DNA of 64,000 nucleotides from an uncultured Candidatus Saccharibacteria bacterium. GTDB lineage: Bacteria > Patescibacteriota > Minisyncoccia > 2-02-FULL-40-12 > GWA2-44-9. The notes under the pieces are model-generated. The model did no database searches. It saw only the letters and a program-made list of their open reading frames with translations, and was not told the origin of the DNA. Of this stretch, positions 44,107 to 54,952 are shown one piece after another. Each line of letters starts with the position of its first letter. The first letter of the stretch is position 1. The stretch covers positions 1,641 to 65,640 of the forward strand of contig CAZKJF010000018.1 of NCBI GenBank assembly GCA_964553025.1, written 5' to 3'. A program made the position numbers and the translations under genes.

Positions 44107-45327
44107 TTATTCGTACCGCAGGGCCTCAATCGGATTCAGTTTGGCCGCGCGGCGCGCGGGATAATATCCGAACACGATCCCGATGAGCGCTGCCACGCCG
44201 AATGCCAGCGCTACCGAATACAATGTGACGGCAGTCTGCAGGGCAAAGAAATGTGCCGCTAAAATCGCGATAATCCAGCCCAAGGCCACGCCGATCAAGC
44301 CGCCGGCGACCGTAAGCATCACTGATTCGGCCAGGAATTGGGCACTGATATCGCTCGCTTTGGCGCCGATAGCCTTGCGAAGTCCGATTTCCCGGGTCCG
44401 TTCGGTTACGCTCGTCAGCATCATGTTCATGATCCCGATGCCGCCGACCAAGAGCGAAATGCCCGCGATCGCGGCCAGAAGGATTGTAAACGTACCCGTT
44501 ACGCTGGACGCCGCAGCGATAATATCCGATTGATTGATGACGCTGAAATCGGCATTCGCCTCATCGGCGATGCGATGGCGGTCAAGCAGCACGGCCGTGA
44601 TGTCGGCCTGGACGGCCGACATCACGTTTTGACTTGCAGCCTGGACGCTGATGTTCGACAGGTACTTGTCCCCCGACAAATACCGTTCGGCGGTCGTGAT
44701 AGGAATATAGATCGCGTCATCGGCGTTGCTTAAACCCGAGCCGCCCTTGGCTTGGGTTACGCCGATAACAGTAAAAATAACTTTGTTTATTTTAATTTTC
44801 TGGCCGATCGGATCGACTCCTTCGCCGAAAAGATCGTCCCGCGTCGTCGGACCCAGCACCGCCACTTTGGAATAACTGCTCAAAGCGCCCTGATCGAAGA
44901 ACGATCCGTCGCCGATTTCAACATTGTGAACGTTTGGATATGCTTCAGTCGCGCCGGTCACGGAGGTATTGGTATTCTGGCCGCCGTACACGACTTGGTA
45001 GCGGCGGGAAATTTCCGGCGAGACGTTAGTGATATTCGAAACCTGGGCCGCAATCGCGTCTGCGTCTTCCTCGCTTAACGTTTCGGCGCTGCCGCGGCCG
45101 GTGCTGACTTGAAACCCAAAACCGCGCTGGGCGCCGGGCTGGACGATGAGCAAATTGGAACCGATGGACTCGATGCTCGACTGAATCGAATCCTGCGCGC
45201 CCTGACCGATCGAAACGAGGCCGATCACCGAAGCGATGCCGATAACGATGCCAAGTATGGTCAAACTCGACCGAGCCTTGTTGACGGTCAGGGCGCTGTA
45301 CGTTTCCAGCATGAGATCTTTAGGCTT
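44107..45327 (-). CDS. ABC transporter permease, MacB/FtsX family (start trimmed to MKPKDL)
   Basis: MacB periplasmic domain and C-terminal FtsX 4-TM domain. With the start at MKPKDL, it overlaps the ATPase gene by 8 nt. Confidence 0.8.
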   Translation of the reverse strand, partial: KPKDLMLETYSALTVNKARSSLTILGIVIGIASVIGLVSIGQGAQDSIQSSIESIGSNLLIVQPGAQRGFGFQVSTGRGSAETLSEEDADAIAAQVSNITNVSPEISRRYQVVYGGQNTNTSVTGATEAYPNVHNVEIGDGSFFDQGALSSYSKVAVLGPTTRDDLFGEGVDPIGQKIKINKVIFTVIGVTQAKGGSGLSNADDAIYIPITTAERYLSGDKYLSNISVQAASQNVMSAVQADITAVLLDRHRIADEANADFSVINQSDIIAAASSVTGTFTILLAAIAGISLLVGGIGIMNMMLTSVTERTREIGLRKAIGAKASDISAQFLAESVMLTVAGGLIGVALGWIIAILAAHFFALQTAVTLYSVALAFGVAALIGIVFGYYPARRAAKLNPIEALRYE

Positions 45328-46033
45328 CATGGCGAGTGGTGATGCGGCGTTTTTGGCGGTTTTTTTCATCGCGGATAATCGCGCCATCCTTAATTTGAAT
45401 AATCCGGTCCGCGTGTTCGGCGATATACTGCTCGTGAGTGATCAGCACGATCGTGCGGCCGGCTTCGTTGAGACGCTGGAACGTGCTCAACACGATCTCG
45501 CCCGTCCTGGAATCCAAGTTTCCGGTCGGTTCGTCAGCCAAGATAATGGCCGGATCATTGACCAGCGCCCGGGCGATAGCGACGCGCTGCATTTGGCCAC
45601 CCGAAATTTGGTTTGATAAATACTGAAAGCGTGATTCGTCCATACCGGCTGCATGAAGCGCTTTTGCGGCGCGCTTAGTCCGCTCAGCTTCCGGCACTTC
45701 CGAGTACAGCAGCGGCAGCGCGACATTCCGGAGCACCGTCGCGCGCCGCAGAAGATTGAATGATTGGAACACAAAGCCGATTTTAGTCTTTCGCACCTCG
45801 GCGAGCTCGTCGTCCGAAAGCGTCGAAATATCGCGACCGGCAAGAACGTAGCGTCCTGTCGAGGGCACGTCGAGCGCGCCCAAAATGTTCATAAGCGTTG
45901 ATTTGCCCGAGCCGGACGGGCCCATGATGGCAACGAATTCACCCTCATCAATTTTAAATGAAACGTCCTTCAGAACGTGGGTTTTTTCGCCGCTGTTGAC
46001 GTACGTTTTGCTGATGTGGGCGCATTCGATCAT
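45320..46033 (-). CDS. ABC transporter ATP-binding protein (MacB/LolD-like)
   Basis: Walker [11 protein letters not shown], signature [14 protein letters not shown] and Walker [13 protein letters not shown]. Confidence 0.9.
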   Translation of the reverse strand: MIECAHISKTYVNSGEKTHVLKDVSFKIDEGEFVAIMGPSGSGKSTLMNILGALDVPSTGRYVLAGRDISTLSDDELAEVRKTKIGFVFQSFNLLRRATVLRNVALPLLYSEVPEAERTKRAAKALHAAGMDESRFQYLSNQISGGQMQRVAIARALVNDPAIILADEPTGNLDSRTGEIVLSTFQRLNEAGRTIVLITHEQYIAEHADRIIQIKDGAIIRDEKNRQKRRITTRHEA

Positions 46034-46039
46034 AGATAT

Positions 46040-47812
46040 TTATCGGACAAACGTAGCGTTGCCGCCGCCAAGCGATTGGACACGAACAGCGCCGCCGCCG
46101 GTTGTGCCGCCAAAGGCGCGCGTGTTGGTTTGAGCGGTGCTAGAGCTAGAACTCGGCATGATGGTGCGAGTGACAATTTCGTCGCCTTCAGCCAGGCCGC
46201 TTTTAATTTCTGTTTCCGTATCGCCCTGAAGGCCGATTTCGACCTGCTTCATCTCCGGCTGGGCCGGCAAGGCTGCGGAGCCGATGGTCGTCGTGCCGGC
46301 CGCACCCACATCCACGCCAGTAATTGTCTGGACAAACCATTGGCCGTTCGTCTGGCGTACTGCGGTCGTCGGCACCATCAAAACATCGGTGCTCACGCCG
46401 CTTAAGATCGTAACTGTCGTACTCATCCCGGGTTTGACTTTGTCGTTTTCAACATCGAGCGCGACTTGGGCGTTATACGAGACGACGCCCTGGCTGACAG
46501 TCCCAAGCGAGTCGACCGAGATGACCGTCCCGGTGAGAGTAACATCGGGCAATGCATCGAACGTAAGGGTCGCTTTCTGGCCTTCGTGGATATTCGCAAT
46601 ATCAGTTTCGTTCAAAGAAATGTCGGCGATGCTCTTTTGGGTATAGATTGTCGCCACGGTCGTGCCGCTGGAAACGGAATCGCCGCGCTGCACGGGCACA
46701 TCGGCCAGTACGCCGTCAAACGGAGCGCGAACGTACAGATCGGCCAGCGCATCTTTGGCATCCTGCAGCGCGGCCTCTTTCTGGGCTACAGAATTCTGCT
46801 GGTTAGCCAGATCAAGCGGATCGCCGAGCTGGGAGCTTTGGATGGATTGCTTGATACTGCGGATCGAATCGCGCGAACTGGTTACGCTCGACAACCGGCT
46901 GTTAATCGTGCTTGCATAGCCGGCAAGATCGCCCTGATAATTTGTGACCTGCGCAGGTATGGTATTGATGACTTGGCCGTTCGCGCCGACCGTGCGATTC
47001 TTGCTTTGCGCGTCGCTAACCGCATCCAGCAAATTCTGCTCGCTCTTGATGGCCTGGGCTTCAAGCTTCAAAACTGAAATCGTGGTATCCAGCATCGTCG
47101 CAATGGTATCTTCATCGGTTTCGTCCAGGCGGAGCGTGCGATAGGTGGCTAAAGCCGGATCGTACGCCGCGCGTGCGGCGTTATAATCGGTCTGGGCCTG
47201 CGTTGCCAGTGCCTGAATGGCGTCATGTTCATCGGTGTCAGTGCCGTAGTTCGCGTACTGACAGAGATTGGGCGTACAGTCGCCTTTGAGCGTGTTGGCA
47301 TAGAGCACATCGTCGGTGCCCTGCATCACATCCACTAAGCTCAAGAAGGTGCTCGAAATCTGGCTGACCGCGTCGGTATAGCTCTTTGTCAGATTATCGT
47401 CTCGATCTTGCTGGCTTGAAGATTGATCGAGTTGGAATTTCTGCAGGGCAACTTTGGCGTTATCGAGCGCAAGTTGGGCGTCACGGACGTTTTTCTGGGC
47501 GTCGGTGGTATCGAGCTGGGCAATCAGTTGGCCGGACTTGACCGTCTGGCCTTTTTTGGCCGCAACGTACGTTATATCGCCGGACGCTTTGGGTTTAATA
47601 TCAACTTTGTTCTGCGAAGAAATTTGGCCGGCTTCGGTAATGCCTGCCGTCACCGTTCCTTTTTGGACAGTTCCAATCACATACTGCGTCTCGGCTTTTG
47701 AGGTGCTATGGAAGAACCCGTAATACACGGCCACCGCAATAATCAAAACGGCAAACAGCGACACGATCTTATGCCTTCGAACATACGAACCGAACGAAGA
47801 AAAATAATTCAT
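46040..47812 (-). CDS. periplasmic adaptor (HlyD/MacA-like membrane fusion protein) with long coiled-coil
   Basis: N-terminal TM, biotin-lipoyl-like beta strands, long coiled-coil hairpin and C-terminal beta-barrel segments. 590 aa. Confidence 0.8.
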   Translation of the reverse strand: MNYFSSFGSYVRRHKIVSLFAVLIIAVAVYYGFFHSTSKAETQYVIGTVQKGTVTAGITEAGQISSQNKVDIKPKASGDITYVAAKKGQTVKSGQLIAQLDTTDAQKNVRDAQLALDNAKVALQKFQLDQSSSQQDRDDNLTKSYTDAVSQISSTFLSLVDVMQGTDDVLYANTLKGDCTPNLCQYANYGTDTDEHDAIQALATQAQTDYNAARAAYDPALATYRTLRLDETDEDTIATMLDTTISVLKLEAQAIKSEQNLLDAVSDAQSKNRTVGANGQVINTIPAQVTNYQGDLAGYASTINSRLSSVTSSRDSIRSIKQSIQSSQLGDPLDLANQQNSVAQKEAALQDAKDALADLYVRAPFDGVLADVPVQRGDSVSSGTTVATIYTQKSIADISLNETDIANIHEGQKATLTFDALPDVTLTGTVISVDSLGTVSQGVVSYNAQVALDVENDKVKPGMSTTVTILSGVSTDVLMVPTTAVRQTNGQWFVQTITGVDVGAAGTTTIGSAALPAQPEMKQVEIGLQGDTETEIKSGLAEGDEIVTRTIMPSSSSSTAQTNTRAFGGTTGGGAVRVQSLGGGNATFVR

Positions 47813-47909
47813 ATTTAAGATAAGCGGATATACAAATAAAGCCGCGCGAATTGCCGCGCAACCTTATGCACCCTAATACGCAATTCTCCTGGAATCGTTA
47901 CATTCAGGG

Positions 47910-48566
47910 CTATTGGACTGTCGGGAGAGACTGGCAGTCGCGGCCGTTATAATTCACGTCCGAGAGGGACACATAACCGGTAGCGCTGCCCTGGAGCGAG
48001 CCGTCCGAGAGGTCGACTTTAGCCCACGACGAAGCGGAAGTACCGGTTACTCCGGTAACTTTGGTGTAATCGCCGAAATGCATCGTCGCCACGACCGAAG
48101 CCGCAGCTGATTTGCTTGATCGGACCGGAATATCGGCCTGGGCCATGGTGTAGCAGGTAAACGGCGGCAAAGTCGGCATTTCCGGTACGTTATCGCAATC
48201 ACCCTGGAGCTGGAAATCGGCATCGGGCGGAATCCAGCGCAATCGGAACGGTCCGACATTCGGTGCTTGAGCGGAAGCCGGATCAAAGCCGACCCAGCCG
48301 TTGGCAGTCACGCCACCGGCGATAATCTGGTCATCCGAAGTGGCTTGGCCGAACACCGGCGCCTGGGTGCTGGGTCGGCTGTAAACGGTCGTCGTCTCGC
48401 GCAGTACAATATCGCACGAAGACGCGAGTCCCGTCGGAGAAACGCTGGCGCTTGCCGACGGAGTCGGACTGGTGCCGGCGTGTTCCGATCGCGGATTCCA
48501 GTACCATAAATAGAGGCCGGCCAGCCCAACCAATATGATAATGATGATCGAGAAAAGTGTTTTCAT
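47910..48566 (-). CDS. hypothetical secreted protein (218 aa)
   Basis: N-terminal TM/signal and a PS-rich linker. Confidence 0.45.
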   Translation of the reverse strand: MKTLFSIIIIILVGLAGLYLWYWNPRSEHAGTSPTPSASASVSPTGLASSCDIVLRETTTVYSRPSTQAPVFGQATSDDQIIAGGVTANGWVGFDPASAQAPNVGPFRLRWIPPDADFQLQGDCDNVPEMPTLPPFTCYTMAQADIPVRSSKSAAASVVATMHFGDYTKVTGVTGTSASSWAKVDLSDGSLQGSATGYVSLSDVNYNGRDCQSLPTVQ

Positions 48567-48583
48567 ATGTAGAGAGTATATGC

Positions 48584-49930
48584 TTAATATCCGAACTTTT
48601 CAAAGTGGATCCGGGCCGGCGCCACTCCTAAGCCGCTGACGATGTGCCGTATGGCTTCTGTCATGGCCGCCGGGCCGCAAAAATATATATCCCGCTCCCG
48701 ATAATCAGAGACATACTCCTTTATGTGGCCGCCGTCAATACGGCCGGGCTCATGGCTCGATTGATGCTGTTCGAGGAAGAAATAGAGCTTGAACGGATGC
48801 CGGCGCTGGAGCGCGAGCAATTCCTCTTTAAACACGATATCGTGTTCGGTGCGATTGGCGTACAGTAATATCACATCGGCGCCGGCGGCCGCCAACGGTT
48901 CGATCATAGCCCGGATGGGCGTGATGCCGATGCCGCCGGCGATCAGCAGGAATTTGTCAGTCTGGGCGATCTCCCGCGTAAATACTCCCAGCGGCCCGTC
49001 AATGACGACTCTCGTTTCCGCCTCCAGCTTATTGATTCGGGACGTAAAATCGCCCGCACCCCGAATCGTAAACCGAATCTCGCTGCCGCCGGGCGGCAGC
49101 GAGAACGAGAATGGATGGGCGAACAGCATTCCTTTCTGCAAAAAGAATAAATTGGCGAACTGGCCGGGCCGATACCGAAAAGCCGCCAGGTTCCTGCCGG
49201 TTATATAAATAGAGTGGACGTCGGGCGCTTCGCGGACGATCCGATCGATGCGGAATTTAAACCGGTTCAGATTCCAGAGCGGTCTTATGAACCGGAATAG
49301 CACTAGAAGGCCGAACGCACCCCAGGTAATGGATTGCCATGCAAACTTGGCGGCAGGATTGCCGGCGAAATCGCCGAAGTTTGTTTGATGCTCGAGCACC
49401 AGGATAATCGCGGCGTAGACGGAGAGATGGATAAGGTACCACGTTTCGTAGCGATAGCGCCGGTGCAGAAACATCCGCACCGAAGCGATAATAATCGTGG
49501 CGAAAATCACCCAGGCAATAAACGCTTCCCAAACTCCGTCCCAGACGGTAACCAGCGTCCAAGCCTGGCCCCAAAATCCCGTCTGGCTCCAAACTGCGTG
49601 ACCCAGAATGATCAGGAGCGGATGCAGTATCAAGAAAGCCGACAGCGTGAACCCGTTATACTGATGCCAGCGATTCAGTTTATCGTGGCCGAAAGCCTGC
49701 TCGATAAAGGGAATGCGACCGATTAGGAATATCTGCAGGAGCACGCCGGCCTCCGCCAGGAGGCCGGCGAGGCGGCCCAGCGCGACCACACGGGCGCCGG
49801 GCCCGCCCCGGTTCATCAAAGCCCCCCACCCCGGCGGTCCCCAGAAAAAAAAAAGACAGCCCCAGGCCGCCGCGCCGATTGCGGAGATAATTAACCGTTT
49901 TAAGGCAAGTAATCGAGTACATTGAGCCAT
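48584..49930 (-). CDS. NOX/FRE-family flavocytochrome: ferric-reductase-like 6-TM domain fused to FAD/NAD(P)H-binding oxidoreductase domain
   Basis: TM region with His pairs, an FAD motif (RPGQFANL..HPFSFS) and an NAD(P)H motif (LLIAGGIGITP). 448 aa. Confidence 0.7.
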   Translation of the reverse strand: MAQCTRLLALKRLIISAIGAAAWGCLFFFWGPPGWGALMNRGGPGARVVALGRLAGLLAEAGVLLQIFLIGRIPFIEQAFGHDKLNRWHQYNGFTLSAFLILHPLLIILGHAVWSQTGFWGQAWTLVTVWDGVWEAFIAWVIFATIIIASVRMFLHRRYRYETWYLIHLSVYAAIILVLEHQTNFGDFAGNPAAKFAWQSITWGAFGLLVLFRFIRPLWNLNRFKFRIDRIVREAPDVHSIYITGRNLAAFRYRPGQFANLFFLQKGMLFAHPFSFSLPPGGSEIRFTIRGAGDFTSRINKLEAETRVVIDGPLGVFTREIAQTDKFLLIAGGIGITPIRAMIEPLAAAGADVILLYANRTEHDIVFKEELLALQRRHPFKLYFFLEQHQSSHEPGRIDGGHIKEYVSDYRERDIYFCGPAAMTEAIRHIVSGLGVAPARIHFEKFGY

Positions 49931-50541
49931 CCGTTCAATTCATCCTTGGTCTGCACGTAGCCGGCAATCGTGATCGCCGTCCCGACGTGAATTCCCAGAT
50001 GCAAATGCTTCCGTTCGCCGTCTGTTTCCGAACTATAGCCGGTTCCCAGAACCGCGATCTGCCGGCCGTGGATCAATTGGTCGCCGACCGCCGCAAATAC
50101 GCTTGTCAGCCGGACATGGCCGTAAATCACCGTGACGTCCTGGCCGTCTAAAACGCAGCGCTGGACCATCACGCCGCCATAGCCGCTTGCTGTTCGTTTT
50201 TGAACCAGTGGCCCGTCACACAAAGCATATACGGCCACATCTACGTTTTGTTCCGCTTCCGTGGTCTCGAAATCAACGCCGGTATGATAGCCGGTGAAGC
50301 GCTCGGGCTGAACCGGCGAGGAGCCTGGCTTGACGAATATGCCCAGCGGCTTTTTGGTTACCCGGTCGCGGGCATGAGAGATCGGCTCGGCAATCGCTGC
50401 CGCCGGAGCCGACGCGCTTACCGACGGACTCGGCGAGTTCGTCGCACTCGGCATCTCAACTTTCTCTCGGAAGACCCAGAACGCGCTAAACCCGCCCAGA
50501 ACAATAATAAAGCAGGCGATAACTATCCGGCGGCGATTCAT
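49900..50541 (-). CDS. M23 family metallopeptidase (LytM-like)
   Basis: HTGVDF...D...HLHLGIHVG matches the HxxxD / HxH motifs of M23. Confidence 0.75.
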   Translation of the reverse strand: MNRRRIVIACFIIVLGGFSAFWVFREKVEMPSATNSPSPSVSASAPAAAIAEPISHARDRVTKKPLGIFVKPGSSPVQPERFTGYHTGVDFETTEAEQNVDVAVYALCDGPLVQKRTASGYGGVMVQRCVLDGQDVTVIYGHVRLTSVFAAVGDQLIHGRQIAVLGTGYSSETDGERKHLHLGIHVGTAITIAGYVQTKDELNGWLNVLDYLP

Positions 50542-50550
50542 GGGCGAAAA

Positions 50551-51087
50551 TTAATACGAAATGAAATTAATCCCCTGCGGCATCGCGAACACCGATGCGT
50601 CCACGCTGGCGCTGGTGCAAGAATAATTCAAGTTCTGATTGAAGTTTACGCCCTGGTTCGATTGGCTGGAGCTGCTGGAAGCCGAAACCGTAGTCTTCAC
50701 GCCGGTAGCAGACAAGCTGGACCAGCTATACACGTCCGAACCGTTGACCAGCACATATGCTTTCATGGTTTGGCCCGCTGCTGAAACATCGAAATCACCC
50801 CTCAATTTGCCGTTGGAGATATATACAATACCCGAACTGATGTCCATTTCCGTGCTGTGCTGGACCGTGCATTTTACGGAACCTTTCATGGCCAGCAAGG
50901 TCTGCAGCGTCCCGCTCGACGATCCGCTTGCCGTCGGCGACGCTGTCTCGCTCGCGCTCGGAAACGGCGTCGCCGACGGACAAGGATTCGAACCCCCGAG
51001 GTCCGAATGGCCGACAAAATACCAGACACCGGCCCCAATCACCGCCACCCCCGCAATCCACGCAATTCCCATCGCAACTTTTGACAT
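50551..51087 (-). CDS. hypothetical secreted protein (start moved to MSKVAMGIAW)
   Basis: The track ORF (to 51252) would overlap the deacetylase gene by 67 nt. An internal Met precedes the TM anchor. Confidence 0.4.
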   Translation of the reverse strand: MSKVAMGIAWIAGVAVIGAGVWYFVGHSDLGGSNPCPSATPFPSASETASPTASGSSSGTLQTLLAMKGSVKCTVQHSTEMDISSGIVYISNGKLRGDFDVSAAGQTMKAYVLVNGSDVYSWSSLSATGVKTTVSASSSSSQSNQGVNFNQNLNYSCTSASVDASVFAMPQGINFISY

Positions 51088-51185
51088 AATAAAAGAAGGA
51101 TTAGCCGTTTTCTGAATCTTACACAATAACTTCGATTTTGGAAATACCAAAAGCGGCTCTGACGAGCCGCTTTTGGAGCAAGCAG

Positions 51186-54100
51186 TTACTGGCGTTTGTA
51201 TGGGGGGACTTGCGAGAGCGAAGTGTAGGCGTTCGAAGAGAGCGTGTACCACGCGAATTCATTGTTGTTGACGCAGAACACTTTTTTGAAGAATTCCGGG
51301 TCTTGAGCAACGGCCTGATCGCCGGCCATATTGACCCAATGCAGGATTGCAGTATCTTCGCCCGTCACCTCCACCGCGTAGACCTTCGGATCGTTGGTCT
51401 CACAATTTTGGAAGAGGGTCGTGGTCGGAAACGCATCGCGGGCTTCGGGCGTGATAGTCTTCACATTGCTCCAGCCGCCGAGGTGGCCGTAGAAGTTGAA
51501 GATCACGGGATTCAGGAACAGCCGCTTATAGCCGTAAGTATTGATTATATAAATGTCGGGGTCATTGGAGCCAGCGGCGCTGATCATTTGACCTTCGTTA
51601 AGACCGTACTTGCCAAGGTTAGCCGAATCCCCAGTCGTGATACCCAAGACAGTCGGACTGGGCGTAGGTGTCGGCGAAACCACAGGCGTTATTGCGCCGC
51701 AGCCGCCACAACCCCCGCCTCCACCACTGGATAAAGGTTGCGGAGTCGGCGTGGGCGTAGGTGTCGGCGAAGTTGACGCTTCAATCTCATTGCCATACGT
51801 TTCCGGCGAGCCGTGCGATACCGGCCGGAAATAATACGAGGTTGCCGCGGCCAACCCGCTGATCGTCACCGAATGGCTCACAACCAATTGAGAATCTTCA
51901 CCGGTCGTATTCGCATACCCGTAGCATTCGAAAGATGCGGAAGCGACAGCTGTCGGATTGCAAGTGTTCGCGCCGACCGGCTCATGGGAAACCGTATCCC
52001 AGACGACGCGGCTTGTCGCCGGATGAGTTGTAGTCCACGTGATCGTAATGCTGTCCGAGGTGGCAGAAGCGGTTTGTTGGGCAAGCACATGGAGCGTGGC
52101 GGGAATGACGGTTTCAAATTGAGCGGAAGCTACGCCGATATTTCCGGCCGCGTCAGTAGCTTTGAGGGTAAAGATATGGGAACCGCTGGCCGTGAGAACA
52201 GGTTCGAACGGCGAAGCGCATACCGCAAACGAAATAGAATCGATCTTGCATTCGGTCGTTGTCGGACTAGCGTCAGAAACGCTGAACGCCAGATGGGGTG
52301 CGGCGTCGGTGGGACTCGCGATGGGATCAATCGAAACTGCGGGAGCGGTAACATCTTTGTCGCGAAGCGTGATGATACAGGCGGCAGAATGGCCCGTCGA
52401 GAGGGCGCCGACGCACTCGGCTGATCTCGAGGCGGCATAATTGGAAGGTACTGGGGTCGTAATATTCACCGCATACTGTTGATTGGAAGAAATACTGACC
52501 AAGGTTCCCTCGCTGCTGCCGACGAAGGATTGCGGATTGGCAACCACTCCGTCCACGGAAATCGTTAGATCGCTTGGAACCATCGTCCCGCCGAAATTAT
52601 TTTCCACATTCACGGTTACGTTTAGGCTCGGGTCTTTCATTTTTTCCACTCCTTCGGAAACCGTGTACACGGGAATATTCACGGAACGAATGTAATCGAG
52701 AATCGTCCGCAGCATTTCCGGCGTTGCGCCGTACGCCATATCTTCGCTGGTAGATACGCCTTCTTCAATCTGATGGAAAACGAGAATCAGCCAAGTCCGG
52801 TCGGCAACGGCCTGATTGATCCAATTCTTGACCTGGTCGGGTGTAGTATCGGCATTCACCGATTGGCCGTACAGCGCGAACATGTCCACATTCTTGTCGT
52901 TGAAGCCGGGAGAAACGGTGCGGCCCGACGTGTATCCGGCGCCGGCTGAAATTTCTTCAACCGAGTGGTTGTAGCTGCCGTAGGGATATGCGATGGGCAA
53001 AACGGGAGCCAAGCCGCCGCCAAGCAGTTCCTGGCGATTGCCGGAAATTTCCAATGTTGCATCGGTACCGCCAAGCGTGGCCAAATCGGGATGCGTCTGG
53101 GTATGGCCGCCTACCTCATGCCCGTCCGCTTCCAGGCCAGCGACTTGTTCCGGCGTCATAAATATGCTGAATGCTCCGAATGCAACGTCATCCACCGTCA
53201 GCGTCCCCGCTCCGCGAAGTCCGTGAATGACTGTCACCAATTTGGCATCGGGCGGAATATAAATATTGGAAGTTGAATACTGGGTCCACTCGTCGCCCGA
53301 TGAACCAAGCGTCGCATACGGTTTCTTGTCGGAAGTCGCATTGCCGTCGCTATCGATATATTCAAGCGAGCCGCTTGCCACCGTGATTTGAACAAAAATC
53401 GCGGATTGGGTGCTGCTTTTATACCAATCGCTGTAGGAATAAAACTTGTCGGGCAAGATCGTTACGGGCGAGAAATACCAGCCCGGACTGTTGCTGTTGG
53501 TATTGCTTTGATTGGAATGAACTTGTACCGCTCGGCCGGAATGGCCGCCGGAAGAAAGATAGGAAAATGTCGCGTTGGCGCTGCCGGACGTAAGCCAATC
53601 CTTGGGCATGCTTGAGTTTTCCGGATCGACCGTCTCCAATCCGGGGTTCGCAACGCCGAAACCCGACGCGTGAGAAATGATATAAAAGGTTCCTTTGACT
53701 CCCGCCGCGTCCAAAATCGGCTGGGCAATGGTCGCATGATCGGCATAACCGTCATCGAACGTAAGCGAAACAAAGCCGTTAGCGAATGGCACCGGCGGTT
53801 TAACCTGAATTAAACTAAAGTTGTCCAGCGTCAGCGTGCCGGCTGAATAAAGAATATGGTAGACGGTCATGGATGCTGCGCCGTCGGGGACGATAAATGT
53901 TTCGGTAATTGATTTCCAGGTCGTCGTCGGAGTTGCCGGAATATTGTAGAACCCCATGTAGGACAAATGATTGCCGCCCGCGTCGAAAAATTCAGCGGTG
54001 ATAATCGTGGGGACCGACGCCACATAAGCGTCGGAGAACGTGTATTGCCGGCCGGACGTAACGGCGACAGGGTCAAAATACCATTTGGCATCTCCGCCTT

Positions 54101-54767
54101 CATTCAAGCCCGTCGGGTCGCTGTAGACGCCTTGATAGGACGGAAATGAAACGCGGATCGCGTTGCCGTTTGAAATATCGGACTCGGGGCCGCCGGCGAC
54201 GGGATACTCGTAAAGCGGCGCGTTTACGCCCCACTGGGTGCCCTTGGACCAGCCGAGTGGCAGAGACGGATCGGAGCCGGCGGTTTCCAACCCCGGATTC
54301 TTGACGAGATTGGGACTGGGCGCGTTCGGGTCTCCTTCGTCGATGTCATCATAGATAATCGTACAGGTAACGGTATCGTCGGCCGCAATCGATCCGGTGC
54401 AATCAGGAGAGAGCAGTGCTTTGTAGCTTGAGCCTGGGTTGGTGGCGACGATGTAGGCGGCGTTCGGATCGAGCGTGATTACACGTTCGATCGCGCTGCC
54501 GGGAAACGATGACAGGGAGGGATTGGCGCCGGAAACGGTGATGATGAAGTTGCTTTCGATATTCGTGCCGCCATTGTCATTCACGACTGCGGTGATGATC
54601 TTGAGAGTCGCAGGACCCGCCGGTTCGGGTGTCGGGGTCGGTGAAGGACTTTCACTCGGAGTGGGTGTCGGAGTTTCATCGGCGCTGGCGGCGAAGGGGC
54701 TCAAAGGCAGCAGGAAAGAAACCGCTGAAACGACTGCTACTGACAAGAGAAATTTTTTGGTTGACAT
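51186..54767 (-). CDS. giant secreted multidomain polysaccharide deacetylase (NodB-homology domain plus beta-sandwich/CBM/FN3-like modules and PT linkers)
   Basis: Signal peptide; NodB core FVSLTFDDGYADHATIAQPILDAAGVKGTFYII...; numerous beta-rich modules; C-terminal TPTPTPTP...GGGGGCGGCG linker. 1193 aa. Confidence 0.7.
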   Translation of the reverse strand: MSTKKFLLSVAVVSAVSFLLPLSPFAASADETPTPTPSESPSPTPTPEPAGPATLKIITAVVNDNGGTNIESNFIITVSGANPSLSSFPGSAIERVITLDPNAAYIVATNPGSSYKALLSPDCTGSIAADDTVTCTIIYDDIDEGDPNAPSPNLVKNPGLETAGSDPSLPLGWSKGTQWGVNAPLYEYPVAGGPESDISNGNAIRVSFPSYQGVYSDPTGLNEGGDAKWYFDPVAVTSGRQYTFSDAYVASVPTIITAEFFDAGGNHLSYMGFYNIPATPTTTWKSITETFIVPDGAASMTVYHILYSAGTLTLDNFSLIQVKPPVPFANGFVSLTFDDGYADHATIAQPILDAAGVKGTFYIISHASGFGVANPGLETVDPENSSMPKDWLTSGSANATFSYLSSGGHSGRAVQVHSNQSNTNSNSPGWYFSPVTILPDKFYSYSDWYKSSTQSAIFVQITVASGSLEYIDSDGNATSDKKPYATLGSSGDEWTQYSTSNIYIPPDAKLVTVIHGLRGAGTLTVDDVAFGAFSIFMTPEQVAGLEADGHEVGGHTQTHPDLATLGGTDATLEISGNRQELLGGGLAPVLPIAYPYGSYNHSVEEISAGAGYTSGRTVSPGFNDKNVDMFALYGQSVNADTTPDQVKNWINQAVADRTWLILVFHQIEEGVSTSEDMAYGATPEMLRTILDYIRSVNIPVYTVSEGVEKMKDPSLNVTVNVENNFGGTMVPSDLTISVDGVVANPQSFVGSSEGTLVSISSNQQYAVNITTPVPSNYAASRSAECVGALSTGHSAACIITLRDKDVTAPAVSIDPIASPTDAAPHLAFSVSDASPTTTECKIDSISFAVCASPFEPVLTASGSHIFTLKATDAAGNIGVASAQFETVIPATLHVLAQQTASATSDSITITWTTTHPATSRVVWDTVSHEPVGANTCNPTAVASASFECYGYANTTGEDSQLVVSHSVTISGLAAATSYYFRPVSHGSPETYGNEIEASTSPTPTPTPTPQPLSSGGGGGCGGCGAITPVVSPTPTPSPTVLGITTGDSANLGKYGLNEGQMISAAGSNDPDIYIINTYGYKRLFLNPVIFNFYGHLGGWSNVKTITPEARDAFPTTTLFQNCETNDPKVYAVEVTGEDTAILHWVNMAGDQAVAQDPEFFKKVFCVNNNEFAWYTLSSNAYTSLSQVPPYKRQ

Positions 54768-54952
54768 TACGGTAAATTCCGGCAGAGATGCCGGTTCCGG
54801 GCATGCATTTCTAGTGAGGCATATTATAGTCTTTTGCCTTAAATAGTCAAGTATGATGCTGCCGTAACAATCTCAAGGAGAATCAGTATCTACTTCCTGG
54901 CTATCCACAGCAGCGCCTAGAGAAGGCTTATGCATGTGGTACCTTTGAAGCC

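Noticed and set aside
47845-47875. Possible terminator hairpin gcgcg-aattgc-cgcgc downstream of the 47910..48566 gene
   Set aside because: The stem is only 5 bp with a weak T-tract, which is not convincing enough to list as a feature.
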